Shown here: piece after piece, positions 25,740-38,989 of the stretch
Position numbering within the stretch: the first letter of the stretch is position 1
Layout of the letters: each line of letters begins with the position of its first letter
NCBI GenBank assembly: GCA_030390025.1
Contig: CM059427.1
Location: 9,362,001-9,426,000 of the forward strand
Direction: 5' to 3'
Length of the DNA stretch: 64,000 nt
Origin: Squalus acanthias
Lineage: Eukaryota
The notes under the pieces: generated by a model
The model's input: only the letters and a program-made list of their open reading frames with translations
Databases searched by the model: none
What the model was told of the DNA's origin: nothing
Position numbers and translations under genes: made by a program

Positions 25740-26526
25740 CTGCAAATACAACAAATGAGTAACTACAACCCTAGAATCACTGGGATGAGACATTCAACAT
25801 GCTGAAGGCTAACTCACTAAATTTAATACTATGCCTCTACTGAACCACAGGTCCTAACATTCCATGATAAATCAATAATCAGTTTAACAGCTTCATCAAG
25901 TTTTATATCAAGCACAATGGGGTACCTTCAGAATTTACCTAAAATACCTCAGAAGCTCATAACCGGCAAAGGCTCTCTTCTATTCCCCTAATATTTCCCT
26001 CTTTTAGGTCCTAGTGTCCAAGCAGATCTCCCTCCTCTGCCCCCAGATCTTGGAGTAATTCTTGGCAATTATGCCTAATTTGCTTTGTCGGCAATGATCC
26101 CACTACCCTTCACCCCAGCCTAGCTCTTCCCACTGAGCTTCCACTCTCAGCAGGGGAGGGAATGTTCTGGGATGTGCACTTCTCTGTAGCTGCTGTCAAC
26201 GTTGCTTTGTGACCACCCAGTAGTTAATATAGATACCTCTGGAGAAAGGACTGTGCCAGATAATATTTTCCCTCCACTGTGATGTAGTCCTCCATCTCAT
26301 GGCTCAATCCCAAATTGCCAAAACTCAGTCAATGAGAACAGACAAATTTAAAAAGATAACCATGGCTAGAATCCTATTAACTAAATTCTGCAACACTACA
26401 TGAGCTTCTAATTCTCACAGTGCTAAGAAAGGGCTTCTACTTTCACAATGGCATGATACCGAGAGAAGATTCAAGCTGGCGCCAACGTTGCATTTCAAAG
26501 TCTAGGGGCAGCAGCATTCCTCCTAC

Positions 26527-26674
26527 CGTTTTTGTCTTGGATTCGGCTCTCATCTAAGCCATTTACTCGAGACTCTGGCTTGAATTCAATGTTTCCCAGC
26601 TTCAGCACCGCAGCCACCACCTCCAAAATCGACTCTGCTTCATCATCCATGAAACCAACAATCTGCATGGCATT
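26527..26674 (-). CDS. MYO1B: Myosin-Ib exon (148 bp): NAMQIVGFMDDEAESILEVVAAVLKLGNIEFKPESRVNGLDESRIQDKN
   Basis: ctgcag|AAT acceptor, G|gtagga donor; phase 0/1; KPESRVNGLDES is characteristic of MYO1B. Confidence 0.95.
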
Positions 26675-27773
26675 CTGCAGGAGGGGAAAAAGTGTAGAGA
26701 GCAGGAGAACTGTCAGAAGTGCAGACTCAAAGGCATGCGTCTGAAGGAGGGCTATAACTGGCATGTTTGGGCCTTATAATGAAAATTGGAAAGTGGTTTC
26801 TCACACCTTTAACTAAGACAGGAAATGATTCATTGCACAAGGACATGCAGCATGTCCTGATGTTTGTAATTCCCTGCGATTTACTGTGCCAGAACAGATG
26901 TAAAACTTAGATGGTCTCTTGGGACTAATGCAATCCCTGTATTTAGCTTCCAGATGTTAACTTCCCAGCCCAGTTAAAATTGTCCTAAAATGCTTGGAGA
27001 GAACAAATTGGCTGTGCACCTGGTAACAATGCTCCCTGCTGCTGGTCGGACAAGCTTAAATCAATACATTTTCGGAGATCAAAACATCATATGCAACAAA
27101 CAGAGAAAGCATGAAAGGATACAGATCTCAGACATCACTCTCTATCCTGTCCCCTAGTGCTACATGAATGAAACATTATTAAGGCCATTTTCCAGCACTT
27201 TGTGAATTTGAAAAGATTACCATTATGTAGTACCGACCGCTGTGTTACCTATTGACAGATAAATGTAGCATTGCATCATTAAACTACCTGAGCATTCCAT
27301 TACCCTATCACTATATACAATCCTCTCAGCAGAAATTAACGGTACAGTCACTACACCCTGTATTTTCACTCTGGCTGACAATGTTCAAATTGGAACAGGG
27401 GATGTCCTTCTTTAAAGAAAACAGAACACTCTGTGTTGCAGTATTTCTGTTAGGGGGCATCAATCATTTTGAGAAAGAAAACATGACCACTCATGTGGAA
27501 ATGAGAGAATAAAACACTTTTGAAAAGCATGTAGTATAGTTATTGCTGAGGACACAAAAAAATCCTGGCCAAGGTAGGCTCATTTCTATGAGTGGCATAT
27601 AACATAATTCGACATTTAAGATTGATGGGCAGGTGATGTGTGTAACCATTTCTCATATAAATCATCATATTTGCTAACTTCAGTATCCATTCATGCAGCA
27701 GCTCGTAAAACAGCTTCTTTTGCTCTGGCTGATTCTCACCTCTACAGCCCATTAGTGACATTTCAGCACCTGA

Positions 27774-28476
27774 ACACAAGGGGCAAGGGTGAGGGTGAGC
27801 CAGAGCTACACAAGGAGCAAGGGTGAGGGTGAGCCAGAGCCACTCAAGGGGCAAGGGTGAGGCAGAGCCACTCAAGGAGCAAGGGTGAGCCAGAGCCACT
27901 CAAGGGGCAAGGGTGAGGGTGAGCCAGAGCCACTCAAGGAGCAAGGGTGAGCCAGAGCCACTCAAGGGGCAAGGGTGAGGGTGAGCTACACAAGGGGCAA
28001 GGGTGAGGGTGAGCTACACAAGGGGCAAGGGTGAGCCAGAGCCACACAAGGGACAAGGGTGAGCCAGAGCCACTCAAGGGGCAAGGGTGAGCCAGAGCCA
28101 CTCAAGGAGCAAGGGTGAGGGTGAGCTACACAAGGGGCAAGGGTGAGCCAGAGCCACACAAGGGACAAGGGTGAGCCAGAGCCACACAAGGGGCAAGGGT
28201 GAGGGTGAGCCAGAGCCACACAAGGGGCAAGGGTGAGGGTGAGCCACACAAGGGGCAAGGGTGAGCCAGAGCCACACAAGGGACAAGGGTGAGCCAGAGC
28301 CACACAAGGGGCAAGGGTAAGCCAGAGCTACACAAGGGGCAAGGGTGAGCCAGAGCTACACAAGGGGCAAGGGTGAGCCAGAGCCGCTCAAGGGGCAAGG
28401 GTGAGCCAGAGCCACACAAGGGGCAAGGGTGAGCCAGAGCCGCTCAAGGGGCAAGGGTGAGCCAGAGCCACACAAG
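27774..28476. repeat. G-rich minisatellite, 28/34-bp variant units
   Basis: Core gggcaagggtgagccagagccacacaag, roughly two dozen copies with optional ggtgag/ccagag hexamers. Confidence 0.95.
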
Positions 28477-28507
28477 CTGTTTTAGGAGCTGCCACATGAT
28501 CGGATAT

Positions 28508-29205
28508 CATAAGAACATAAGGAATAGGAGCAGTAGTCGGCCATATGGCCTCTTGCGCCTGCTCCACCATTCAATAAGATCATGGCTGATCTACCTCAAC
28601 TCCACTTTATCGCACTATCCCCATATCCCTCGGTTCCCGTAGCGTCCAAAATCTATTGATCTCGGTCTTGAATAAACTCAACGACTGAGCATCCACAGCC
28701 TTCTGCAGTAGAGAATTCCAAAGATTCACAACCCTCCGAGTGAAGAAATTTCTACTCACCTCAGGATAAAGGGTCAGCCATTTAGGACTAAGACTATGAC
28801 CCCCCTAGTTCCAGTCTCTCCAGTCAGGGGAAACAACCTCTCAGCATCTACCCTGTCAAGCCCCCTAAGAATTTTATACATTTCACTGAGATCACCCCTC
28901 ATTCTTCTAAATGCCAGAGAACATAAGCCAATTCTACTCGATCTCTCCTCATAGGACAACCCTCTCATCCCAGGAATCAACCTAGTGAACCTTTGTTGCA
29001 CTCCCTCTAAGGTAAGTATATCTTTCCTTAGGTAAGGAGACCAAAACTATACACAGTACTCCAGGTGTGGTTCCCCCTTAGCTACCCAACTAGCTATAGT
29101 CTCAGAAAACTCTTAACAGATTTGACAAATGCGATTTCCCTTTCATAAAACGGTGTTGAATCTGCCTAATCATATTATGATTTTCTAAGTGCTCTGTTAC
29201 CATTA
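28508..29205 (-). mobile_element. CR1 3' fragment(s)
   Basis: QRFTRLIPGMRGLSYEER..., CR1 tail cataagaacataag at the low end. Confidence 0.85.
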
Positions 29206-29566
29206 TTATTAGGTATGTTTGACTCTCAAGTCTTACTGCTTGCCTCTCTTTCGCGCTCTCTCTTGCTGTGTGGACAGTCACTCAGCTCCAGCTCAAACCC
29301 ATGACTCCATCTCTTCAGCTTGTGCTGTGGCTCAATCTCATACACACACATGCCCCCTTCATCAACTGATAGTTTTAACTGGAGTATTGCCAGTGTGAGC
29401 AGTGGGGGAGGGGGGGGGGGAGAGGAGGGGGATGGTAAAATTTTTGTTTTTATTTCTTTTTTTACATCTCCTTTAGCCCTTGTTGGCCCTCGCCATTCTC
29501 CTTTTCATCACTTGCCCCCTGTCTCAGGTACTGTGGTTTGAATTTCGACTTGGTTTCTGTCTGGAT

Positions 29567-30683
29567 AGAAACATAGGAACACGAGGAGGCTATTCAGCCC
29601 CTCGAGCCTGTTCCGCCATTCAATGAGATCATGGCTGATCTGCGACCTAACTCCATATACCTGCCTTTGGCCCATATCCCTTATAACCTTTGGTTAACAA
29701 AAAGCTGTCAATCTCAAATTTAAAATTAACGATCAATCTAGCATCAATTGCCATTTGCGGAAGAGAGTTCCAAACCTCTACCACCCTTTGTGTGTAGAAG
29801 TGTTTCTTAATTTCATTCCTGAAAGGTTTGGCTCTAATTTTTAGACTCTGCCCCCTAGTCCTAGAATCCCCAATCAGTGGAAATAGTTTCTCTCTATCTA
29901 CCCTATCTGTTCCCCTTAATATCCTGAAAACTTCGATCAGATCATCCCTTAACCTTCTGAATTGTAGGGAATACAACCCTAATTTGTGTAATCTCTCCTC
30001 GTAATTTAACCCTTGAAGTCCAGGTATCATTCTGGTAAACCTACGCTGCATTCCCTCCAAGGCCAATATATCCTTCCTAAGGTGTGGTGCCCAGAACTGC
30101 TCACAGTCCTCCAGGTGTGGTCTAACCAGGGTTTTGTATGGCTACAGCACAACTTGTATTCTAGTCCTCTAGATATAAATGCCAGCATCCCATTAGCCTT
30201 TTTGAATATTTTCTCTACCTGATCATGATATTTTAATGATCTATGTACCTGAACCCCCCAAGTCACTTGGACCTCCACTGTTTTTAGCTTATCACCATTT
30301 AGAAAGTACCCAGCTCTATTCTTTTTAGATCCAAAGTGGATGACCTCACATTTTCTTACACTGAAATCCATTTGCCACAGTTTTGCCCATTCACTTAATC
30401 TATCAATATCCCTTTGTAATTTTATGCTTTCATCTACACTGCCTACAATACCGCCTATCTTTGTGTCGTTGGCAAATTTGAATATATGACTTACTATGCC
30501 ATGATCTAAGTCGTTAATAAATATTGTGAATAGTTGAGGCCCGAACACAGATCCCTGTGGGACACCACTAGTCACATCCTGCCAATTTGAGTACCTGCCC
30601 ATTATCCCTACTCTCTGTCTCCTGCCGCTCAGCCAATTTCCTAACCAGGTCAATAACTTGCCCTCAATTCCGTGGGCTTCTAA
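29567..30683 (-). mobile_element. CR1 3' half (RT C-terminus + tail) of the 5'-inverted element
   Basis: LEAHGIEGKLLTWLGNWL...SGVPQGSV...; tail ends next to ctggat at 29561-29566. Confidence 0.9.
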
Positions 30684-33600
30684 GCAGCGACAGCACCGGA
30701 GGGGGCAGCAGATAAAAACAGCGGGAGACCAAGGCAGCGCGGACCTGAGCGGCAGCAGCACAGAGGAGGCGGCACCTCCGACGGTCTCAACAACAACAAA
30801 TAACAAGGAGCGACGTCACAGGACAGCAGGTAGGTGATTGGTGGGTGAGTATTAACGTTTTTTCTCTCTAACCAAGGACAATGGTTTAAACTAGGAGCGG
30901 GAGACTATAATGTACTTTATTAAATTTATAACTTAACAAGTTAAACTAATTAATGTAACTATAAATAGTCGCTGAATAAAGACATTAACTAATTAAATAA
31001 ATAAAATAAGGTTAGACCAAGACATGGCAGGGACTGCAGTGTGTGGGAGTTTGTGGACGGTGAGACTGTCCCGAGCAAACACGTCTGCAGGAGATATCTC
31101 CGTCTCGAATCTCTCTGGCTCAGAGTCATTGAGCTGGAGTGTGAGTTGGAGACACTCCAACACAGAAGGGAGGGGAGGAGTATCTGGACAGTTTGCTCCA
31201 GACTTCGGTCACACCTCGTAGAGAGGTGCAGGATCAGATTGGGGTTGTTGTGACCGATAGTGTGCAGAGAAAGGGGAACCCAGGTAAGAAAGGGAACGAG
31301 GATCCACAGAAACTGATCCTATCCAACGGGTACAATGTACTTGCGACCTGTGAGGATAAAGACTGTTGGAAGGACAGCCAGAATGCAGACCATGGCACTT
31401 TGGAGCAGGAGGCTGTCTCAAGGCGGGAGGAGGAGGAAGTGTAATGTGGTAGTTGTAGGGGATTCTATAATTAGGGGGACAGATAGCATCCTTTGTAAGC
31501 AAGATCGAGAGTCCCGCATGATGTGTTGCCTACCTGGTGCCAGGGTAAGGGACATCTCAAACCAGCTTGAAAGGATATTGGAAAGGGAGGGGGAGGATAC
31601 AGTCATTGTGGTCCATGTTGGGACCAACAACATAGGGAAGAGTAGGCAAGAGGTCATGTATGGGGAGTGCCAGAAACTAGGAGCTAAATTAAAGAACAGG
31701 ACCTCAAGGGTTATAATCTCTGGATTAGTACCTGAGCCATGCGCAAATTGGCATAGAGATAAGCTGATTAGGGAAGTAAACACATGGCTAAATGAGTGGT
31801 GTGGGAAAGAGGGGTTCCATTTCCTGGGGCACTGGCACCAGTATTGGGACAGGAAGGAACTGTACCATTGGGACAGGCTTCACCTGAACCGGTCTGGGAC
31901 CAGGATCCCAGCGGAAAGGATAAATTGGGCGGTCACAAGGACTTTAAACTCATAAATAGGGGGGAGGGCTCAGGGGGAAATTGCAGTACAAATAGCAGTT
32001 CAAACACAAACTAAAGTGAAGAGAGTAGAGTAGCAGTCAGAAATTGTGCTTTAGGCACAACAGGGTAAGGGGAAAACTAAAAGATGTAAAGCGATTAAAC
32101 CAGGAGAGAGAAATAAGAAACATGTGAGTAAAACATCAGAGCTGAAGGACAGGCTACGGTGAGTGGCCCAAATAAGTGTTCTTTTACAAGCGCACGGAGT
32201 ATAAGGAATAAATTGAATGAACTGCAGGCGCAAATTCAAATTGGAGGGTATGACATGGCTGCAAGAGTCAGGACTGGGAACTAAATATACCAGGTTATAA
32301 GATCTACAGGACAAATAGGGAAAATGGCAGAGGGGGAGGAGTAGTCTTAGTGATTAAGGATGAAATCACTTCAATGATGAGAGAGGATTTAAAGAGAGGT
32401 AAGCAGGCAGTGGAGACCTTATGGGTCGAATTAAGAAATAGGAAAGGATCTAAGACTGTAGTGGGAGTTGTGTATAGGCCCCCTGATAGCAGCTCTGAAG
32501 TGCTAGATTGTATAAATGCAGAGATTAGTTAAGAATGTAGCAGAGGTAGAGTGGCTTTAATGGGGGATTTTAACTTTCATATAGATTGGGAAAAGCAGAC
32601 TAGCACCGGTCAGAAAGGTAGTGAATTTCTTGAGTGTGTCCAGGATAGTTTTCTACAACAATGGCCCAAAAATTCGGCCGTTCTCGGGTGAGTACTCAGT
32701 GCGTACTCACCCGTATTCATTCCCGAAGTGCCGGTTTCCTGCATGCACTGCGCAAGCGCGGGAAACCGGCACTTCCGGTATGGCGAAGGGGGCGGTTCCT
32801 AGGTGAACTGCGTGCGCACTAGAGGCTGCGCGCACGCAGCACACTTAGGTTTTTTTTCAGGTTTCAACGCGAGGGTAAGTATGGAAGATTCTACACAAGT
32901 AAAAAGGAGGCGTAAGACCCCTTTTGAACAAGGTAAGTAGTTAATTAAGTATAATTTTAAATTTTTTTCAACAGGTTTATCTTTTTTAGAGACTTTAAAG
33001 AAAGGTAAGTTTATTTTTATAACTTTTAAAAAGTATTTTAATTTTTTCAAAAATTTAAATTTTTGTTTAAAGTGGTTAATTTATTTAACTATAGTTATTT
33101 TATTAATGTGATGGTTTTTTAAAAAATTTATTTGAGGTTTAGCTGTTCTTTTGGGGCCGATTTCAATTCACAGATTTGACAGGTCTCCTGTCAAATCTAT
33201 GAATGAAAGATGGTCTGCTGCCATTGGCTCTCCATGGCCCACGTGATCCCAGGGGTCGCATCGCACTAACTGCGCCCCTGGAACACGCAAGCACTGCGCG
33301 CCGGCACTAGGGAGAGGCCCAGGACCCGAAGTTCCTGTGGGCCCGAAACACAACGGCAGGCGCGGTGGGTAAGAGCGCGCGCGATCCTTACCCCCGCGGC
33401 AAGCCGGCCACCCGAATTTCTAGGCCATTATGTCCTAAGGGCAACAAGGGGGCAAGCCATATTAGATTTAGTAATGAGTAATGAGCTAGATTTAGTTAAC
33501 AGCCTAACTGTGTGTGAACGCTTATCCAATAGTGATCATAACATGATCAAGTTCAACGTAGCGTTTGAAAGGGAGAATCGCGAAACAACTACAAAGATTC

Positions 33601-34647
33601 TAGACTTATGTAAGGCCGACTTGAACAGGATGAGGCAGAGACTGTCCACAGTAAACTGGGCAAGTCTGTTAATAGGTAATACGACACAAGAACAGTGGGA
33701 GATGTTTAAAAATGTGATACAGAACCAGTTTATACCCCTGAGGGGCAAGAGCTCTACTTGCCAAAAATACAGCCATGGGCAACTAAACAGCATAAAACTA
33801 AAGAAAAAGCATACAAAAATGCAAAAAGTAGCACAGATCCTGATGACTGGGAAAGATACAAAGAACAGCAAAGGGTCACAAAACAGATAGTAAGAGCTAG
33901 AACAAGGGAGTATGAAAATAAACTTGCAAGGGATATCAAAAATCAATACAAAGAATTTTACATTAGGAAAAAGAGGGTGGTCAGGAGCAATGTTGGCCCC
34001 TTAAAAACTGAAAGTGGTGATATTGTCAATGACAATGGGGAAATGGCAGACATGTTGAATACTGTATTTACTTTGTGTCAGTATTTACAGTAGAAGATGA
34101 TAGCATGTCGGAAATCCCAAAGAAACTAATATTGAATCGGGGACAGGGACTCAATAAAATTAATGTAAATAAAGTAACAGTAATGAAGAAAATAATGGCA
34201 CTAAAGAGTGACAAATCCCCAGGGCCAGATGGTTTCCATCCCAGGGTTTTAAAGGAAGTAGGTGAGCACATTGCAGATGCCCGAACTATAATCTTCCAAA
34301 GTTCTCTGGATTCAGGAACCATCCCTTTAGATTGGAAAATTGCGCATGTCACTCTGCTTTTTAAGAATGGCGAGAGAGCGAAACCAGGGAATTATAGACC
34401 GGTTAACCTAACATCTGTTGTCGGGAAATTGCTAGAGTCTATAATTAAGGATAGGGTGACTGAACACCTCGAAGATTTTCAGTTGATCAGAGAGAGCCAG
34501 CATGGATTTGTGAAAGGTAGGTCATGCCTGACAAAACCTGACTGAATTTTTTGAAGAGGTGACCAAAGTAGTGGACAGGGGAATGTCGATGGATGTTATT
34601 TATATGGACTTCCAGAGGCATTTGTTAAAATTCCACATAAGAGACTG
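30684..34647 (+). mobile_element. CR1 5' half (5' UTR, ORF1 zinc-finger/coiled-coil + SGNH esterase, endonuclease, RT N-terminus), inverted
   Basis: VVVVGDSIIRG...CLPGARV...HVGTNN...DRLHLN esterase; VYRPP; DKSPGPDGFHPRVLKE; SQHGFVKGRSCLT; ends at IPHKRL overlapping ctggat (34645-34650). Confidence 0.9.
32663..33426. mobile_element. MITE inserted in the CR1 endonuclease region
   Basis: TIR ggcccaaaaattcgg / ccgaatttctaggcc; flanks aat/att; removing it restores FLQQYVLRATRGQAILDLV. Confidence 0.85.
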
Positions 34648-35069
34648 GATGCACCGTAGGAGCAGGTGGTGGTGACAGGAATTGCCGAGAACTGACTTTA
34701 ACCTTGGAAATCACTCGGTGTAAATAACTCACCACAGTTTTGTGATGGGCCTTGGGGAACAAAGAGAAATCTGCAGTGGGCATCTAATGAGCAGGACCTG
34801 TGTAAGTTTGATTCTTCCAGTTAACCTGGAGCTGACCACAAGCAATTACTTTGTGACTCTTAATGGATGTGACTGGATGCTGAGTGAGAGTGGGGTTGGT
34901 TTAATTCCACCCTGTCTACACTAACATAACATCCAGACAGCCATAACCAGCCCAACATGTCTGCAAACATTATGTTCCAATTAGCCCACCAGAGCCCACC
35001 ATTCATAGCCAACCAGAATGTTAGTCGTTAAAGAGTTAAAACCAAAGACTGATTATCAGCATGCAAAAG

Positions 35070-35310
35070 AGCAATTCACATTTATATAGCACCTTTCATG
35101 ACCTCAGGACATCCCAAAAGTGCTTCACAGCCAATGAAGTACTTTTGAAGTGTACTTATCATTGTAATGTAGACAAATACGACAGCCACTGTGCACACAG
35201 CAAGATCCCACCAGCAACGATGAAATTAATGACCAGATAATTTGTTTTAGTGATGCTGGCTGAGGGATAAATATTGGCCAAGATACTGGAAGAACTCCCC
35301 TGCTCTTCCT
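35070..35310 (-). mobile_element. 5'-truncated DeuSINE (SacSINE1-like)
   Basis: Reverse-complement match to 12750-12985. Confidence 0.8.
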
Positions 35311-35494
35311 CAATGGATTCATGTTACATAGAATTACACAAAATTTACAGCACAGAAACAGGTCATTCGGCCCAACTGGTCTATGCCAGTGTTTATGCAC
35401 CACTCGAGCCTCCTCCCACCCTACTTCATCTAATTCTATCAGCATATCCTTCTATTCCTTTCTCGCTCATGTACTTAACTAGCCTCCCCTTAAA

Positions 35495-36934
35495 TTAATG
35501 TATGCTTATGGAGGGACTCACAGCACACAGGGAGATTCTCTTCCCGTCCCATGGGCGGAAGAGACCTCCCCAGGAGACCATCGCAGCCTGGTTTCACATT
35601 GCACAGGAGGACACAAGCAGGGATGTCGTCAGGAGGACCAGGCTGCAGTGGCGCAAACCTTTCAATGATCTCAGTAGATCACGAAACGTTACTGCAAAGC
35701 CACACTCAACCTCATCCTGCTGTGCCACTCATCACATCCCCATCACTCTACCTCCCCATCTCTACTCCTGCACATCCTTGCTCACACCAACTTAGCTTGC
35801 ACCTCCACCCATCTCTCTCTATCTACATTATCACTTCCCCATCTCACTAGCCACCCCTTATCCTAGTCCAATCATACCAACTAACAACACACAAGGGTAG
35901 GCACTTGGGTGTTTTAGCCAATGTTCATGTGAAGTTTCTGTTAATGTGCTGTGAAACATTGAAATCTTTATTTTCAACACTTTGCGTTCTTGGACAGATT
36001 TGTGTGCACCTTTGGAAGTGGCTTAGTGAGTTGCAGTGAATGGTGAGACATAACAGTATCCCCCACAATGGTGATGGGTGTGAAAGGAATGGCTTGGGCA
36101 TTGCAGGGATGCTTTATGGTGTTGGTGTGGGGTGGTGTCAACCTGGCACATCATGTGGCAGCCAGGGTGTGCAGTGTCAAGTGAAGTAAATCTGGTTATG
36201 GTGAGGCCATCCTTGGCGTCCCGGGCAGCAACATGATCGGGTGCTGATGCCCTGTGTCCTGTGCAGCATCAGTTGATTGCGGAGAAGGTTGGTGTTATTG
36301 TTGGTGCTGCTGGTGTGCCTGGTGCTGCTGGTGTTGGGGCTGATCGTGGTGGGATTCTGAGGGCCAAGGTGAGATTTTTTCAAGGGCACTGATGCTGATG
36401 TAATAGATGGCAGGTGAGGTTGAGATGACAGAAGCGATCTGTCAATGGTGAGAGAGGTTGTTCCAATGAGGTGACACTGGACAGAAAGTTTGATCCAAAC
36501 ACTTGCAAGTTGCATAAAGCTCAATCTGTCTTCCAAATGCAGTAAGCAAGAACCTGGAAAGTGAAGACCTATGAAATTGAGCTTTTATAGACGATTTGCA
36601 GCTGTCAAGTTCGTAAATCATCCCATGCTGACACAACACCCGACCTTCTTACCTGACGTGATCCCCGCGCAACGGGGAAGCCGTTGGCAAACTCTAAAAA
36701 TCTAAAGGTGAGCTTAAAATAAGACTTAATTGCCTTTTAACAATGCATTTAATGATCTAAATTGTCTCCCCCGCCGCTTGGTGTCGGGTCTGTTCAGCAC
36801 TGACAGGCCCGACACCTGGGAGACTCGCGTGGAGGCGGCTTGACAGCGGGTTCCCGACCCGCTCTCAATCCTTTCTATTTTGACAGCTGACCCGCCTCCG
36901 ATCCCGCCCTCTCAGCGCCGGTAAATTTCCGGCC
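35495..36934 (+). mobile_element. Non-autonomous Harbinger-type element with Myb/SANT remnant, copy 1 (left end lost)
   Basis: REILFPSHGRKRP...AAWFHIAQE...RRTRLQWRKPFNDL trihelix/SANT pattern; right terminus gtaaatttccggcc; inverted homology to 57953-61100. Confidence 0.75.
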
Positions 36935-37371
36935 TAGAGTTCAATGTACTAAAGCAAAGAAATCACCAAGTGTTGTAAACAAACCAAAATTAAATCAGCA
37001 AACAAATCTCTAGAGAACATTTTATAAGGCAGTTGAACTTTGCATGGAGTTCATCTCTGGTTAGGCAACACTTACGCCCCTTTATTTATTGACATCAAAT
37101 CACATGACTGAACTACTGCATGCAATAGAAGACCCCTATCAAATTATACAATGCAAACTCGCACTTATATTCAGTAAAGGTTTTCATTTACAAATGGGGG
37201 TGGGGGGTGGGGTGTTGCACTTTTACAACATGCTGAATTATGAGTGTATTGCAAAACTTGCAGGGCTATGAAGAAAGAGTGAGACTAATTGGATAGCTCT
37301 TTCAAAGAGCCAGCACAGGCATGATGGACTGAATGGCCTCCTTCTGTGTTGTATGATGCTATAAACTCTAA

Positions 37372-38071
37372 GGGCTGCATTTTGATACTGGGGCGGGTTG
37401 GGATTGTGTTATCCACCCGACTGCGATTGGATGTGGGAGATTGATGCGATTTTCACCTAATTGGGCAATTGAGTTCCAGCATGTGGGAACCCATGACCCA
37501 ATTAGTGTTTTCAGTCTGAAAGTCGCCTCTGATGATGTCATCATTGCTGCTGCATTGAAGGTCTGCAAAGACTGCCTGGCCTTTGCTGAGAGAGGACCTG
37601 GATGCACAAGTCTGCTGAGAGAGAGAGAGAGAGAGAGAGAAAAAGAGAGAAAGAGAAAAAGAAAGAGAGAAAGAAAGAGAGAAAGAGAGAGAAAAATGAG
37701 CAGCAGCAGCCCTAGGTCTCCTCCCAGATATTTTTCCTACTACTACTTCTCCATTGCAATAGTAGACCTGCAGCTGATAGTCAGCTTTCGAAATGTGTTA
37801 CACATTCGTGGTTCAGAACAGGCGTGCTTCCCGTAGAACAAGGGTTAAAATCACAAAGGCCTTTGAAAATGGCATTAGAGGCAATTTAGTGCTTGTTAAG
37901 GGCCTTAACAGCCTATCCCGCCTCTTAAAGGCGGGACGCAGTCGGGGACCAGCAGACACGATTTAATGAAAATTGCGTGGAGGCGGACTTGTGCCCGCCC
38001 GCCAGTTTTCGCAATATTAACCCCCCACACGCCTCCAAACCCGCCTCCACGGGTCAATGAAAATCCAGCCC
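37372..38071 (+). mobile_element. MITE family A copy 2 with an internal GA-rich microsatellite (37617-37695)
   Basis: Same TIRs and body as 15726-16478; flanks taa/caa. Confidence 0.8.
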
Positions 38072-38989
38072 CAAGACATTTATTTTTTAAAGGAGTTAGT
38101 TTGTATAACTATATTTTAAAGCTAAATATTGAAATCTATTATTATTTTGGGTAATGTAGCACATGCACAGCTGATAAACTTGATAAAGAATGTAGAGTTG
38201 GGAGCCCCCCTAATAGTTATGGGAATTTATCCAGTGGGTACTAAGCCATACAAACCACGGAGCTCCCATGTTTGGTCTCGATTCTGTGCTGATCTTAGCT
38301 GGGGTGATAGTGACAATTGCTTTCAGCTCCCCGGGTCTTTCTTTTATCATTATTAATTCTCGGGATATGGGCAACGTTGGCAAGGCCAGCATTTATTGCC
38401 CACCCCTACTTGCCCTTGGGAAAGTGGTGGCGGGCAACCTTATTGAACCGCTGCACTCCCGTTAGCGAGTGGAAGACTGGCTGGGGTTGCTGGCTCCGAT
38501 CACTATCCACTGATGGAAGTGCACCTGCGTGGAGCTCAGCGAGGAGTCGATGCCGTCAGGAGCGAAAGATGGAGAAGATATGGTGGAGAAAATTAGAGAT
38601 AAAATAAGAAACAATAACCACCGTCACGATCCATTTAAAAAAAAAAATCAGTTGCAAAGACTGATTTGAGCTTGAACGATGAGAGTTGAGGGGATGTGGT
38701 GCTGATTAATACCCTCAGGAACTGAGCCACTAAGTGAGACGACTGGGGTTCCAACTGTATTTCCCCCCCCCCACCGCCGGTGGCATCTCGAGCACTTCAA
38801 CAGAAGTGTTTCTTTTACAAGCAGGCTTTTGTGGTTGTGAATTTCAAACTAATGGTCCCGGTTTTATTGTACTGCCGAAGTGGGGACACCCCTCAATTCA
38901 TTTTGGAGCGGACATCCCTTTGAAATCTTGCAGTTTGCTCACAGGCGGTTGCACTGGCAATTGAGCAGAACTCAATACACAACAATCTA

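Noticed and set aside
27540-28570. Cys/Pro/Leu-rich repetitive ORFs
   Set aside because: They are translations of the minisatellite in several frames.
30027-30806. 259-aa RT ORF with a novel N-terminus
   Set aside because: The N-terminus is antisense CR1 5' UTR read across the inversion junction, and the RT is frameshifted.
31335-31955. Stand-alone host SGNH/GDSL esterase gene
   Set aside because: It is the CR1 ORF1 esterase domain, embedded in the element with upstream stops and frameshifts.
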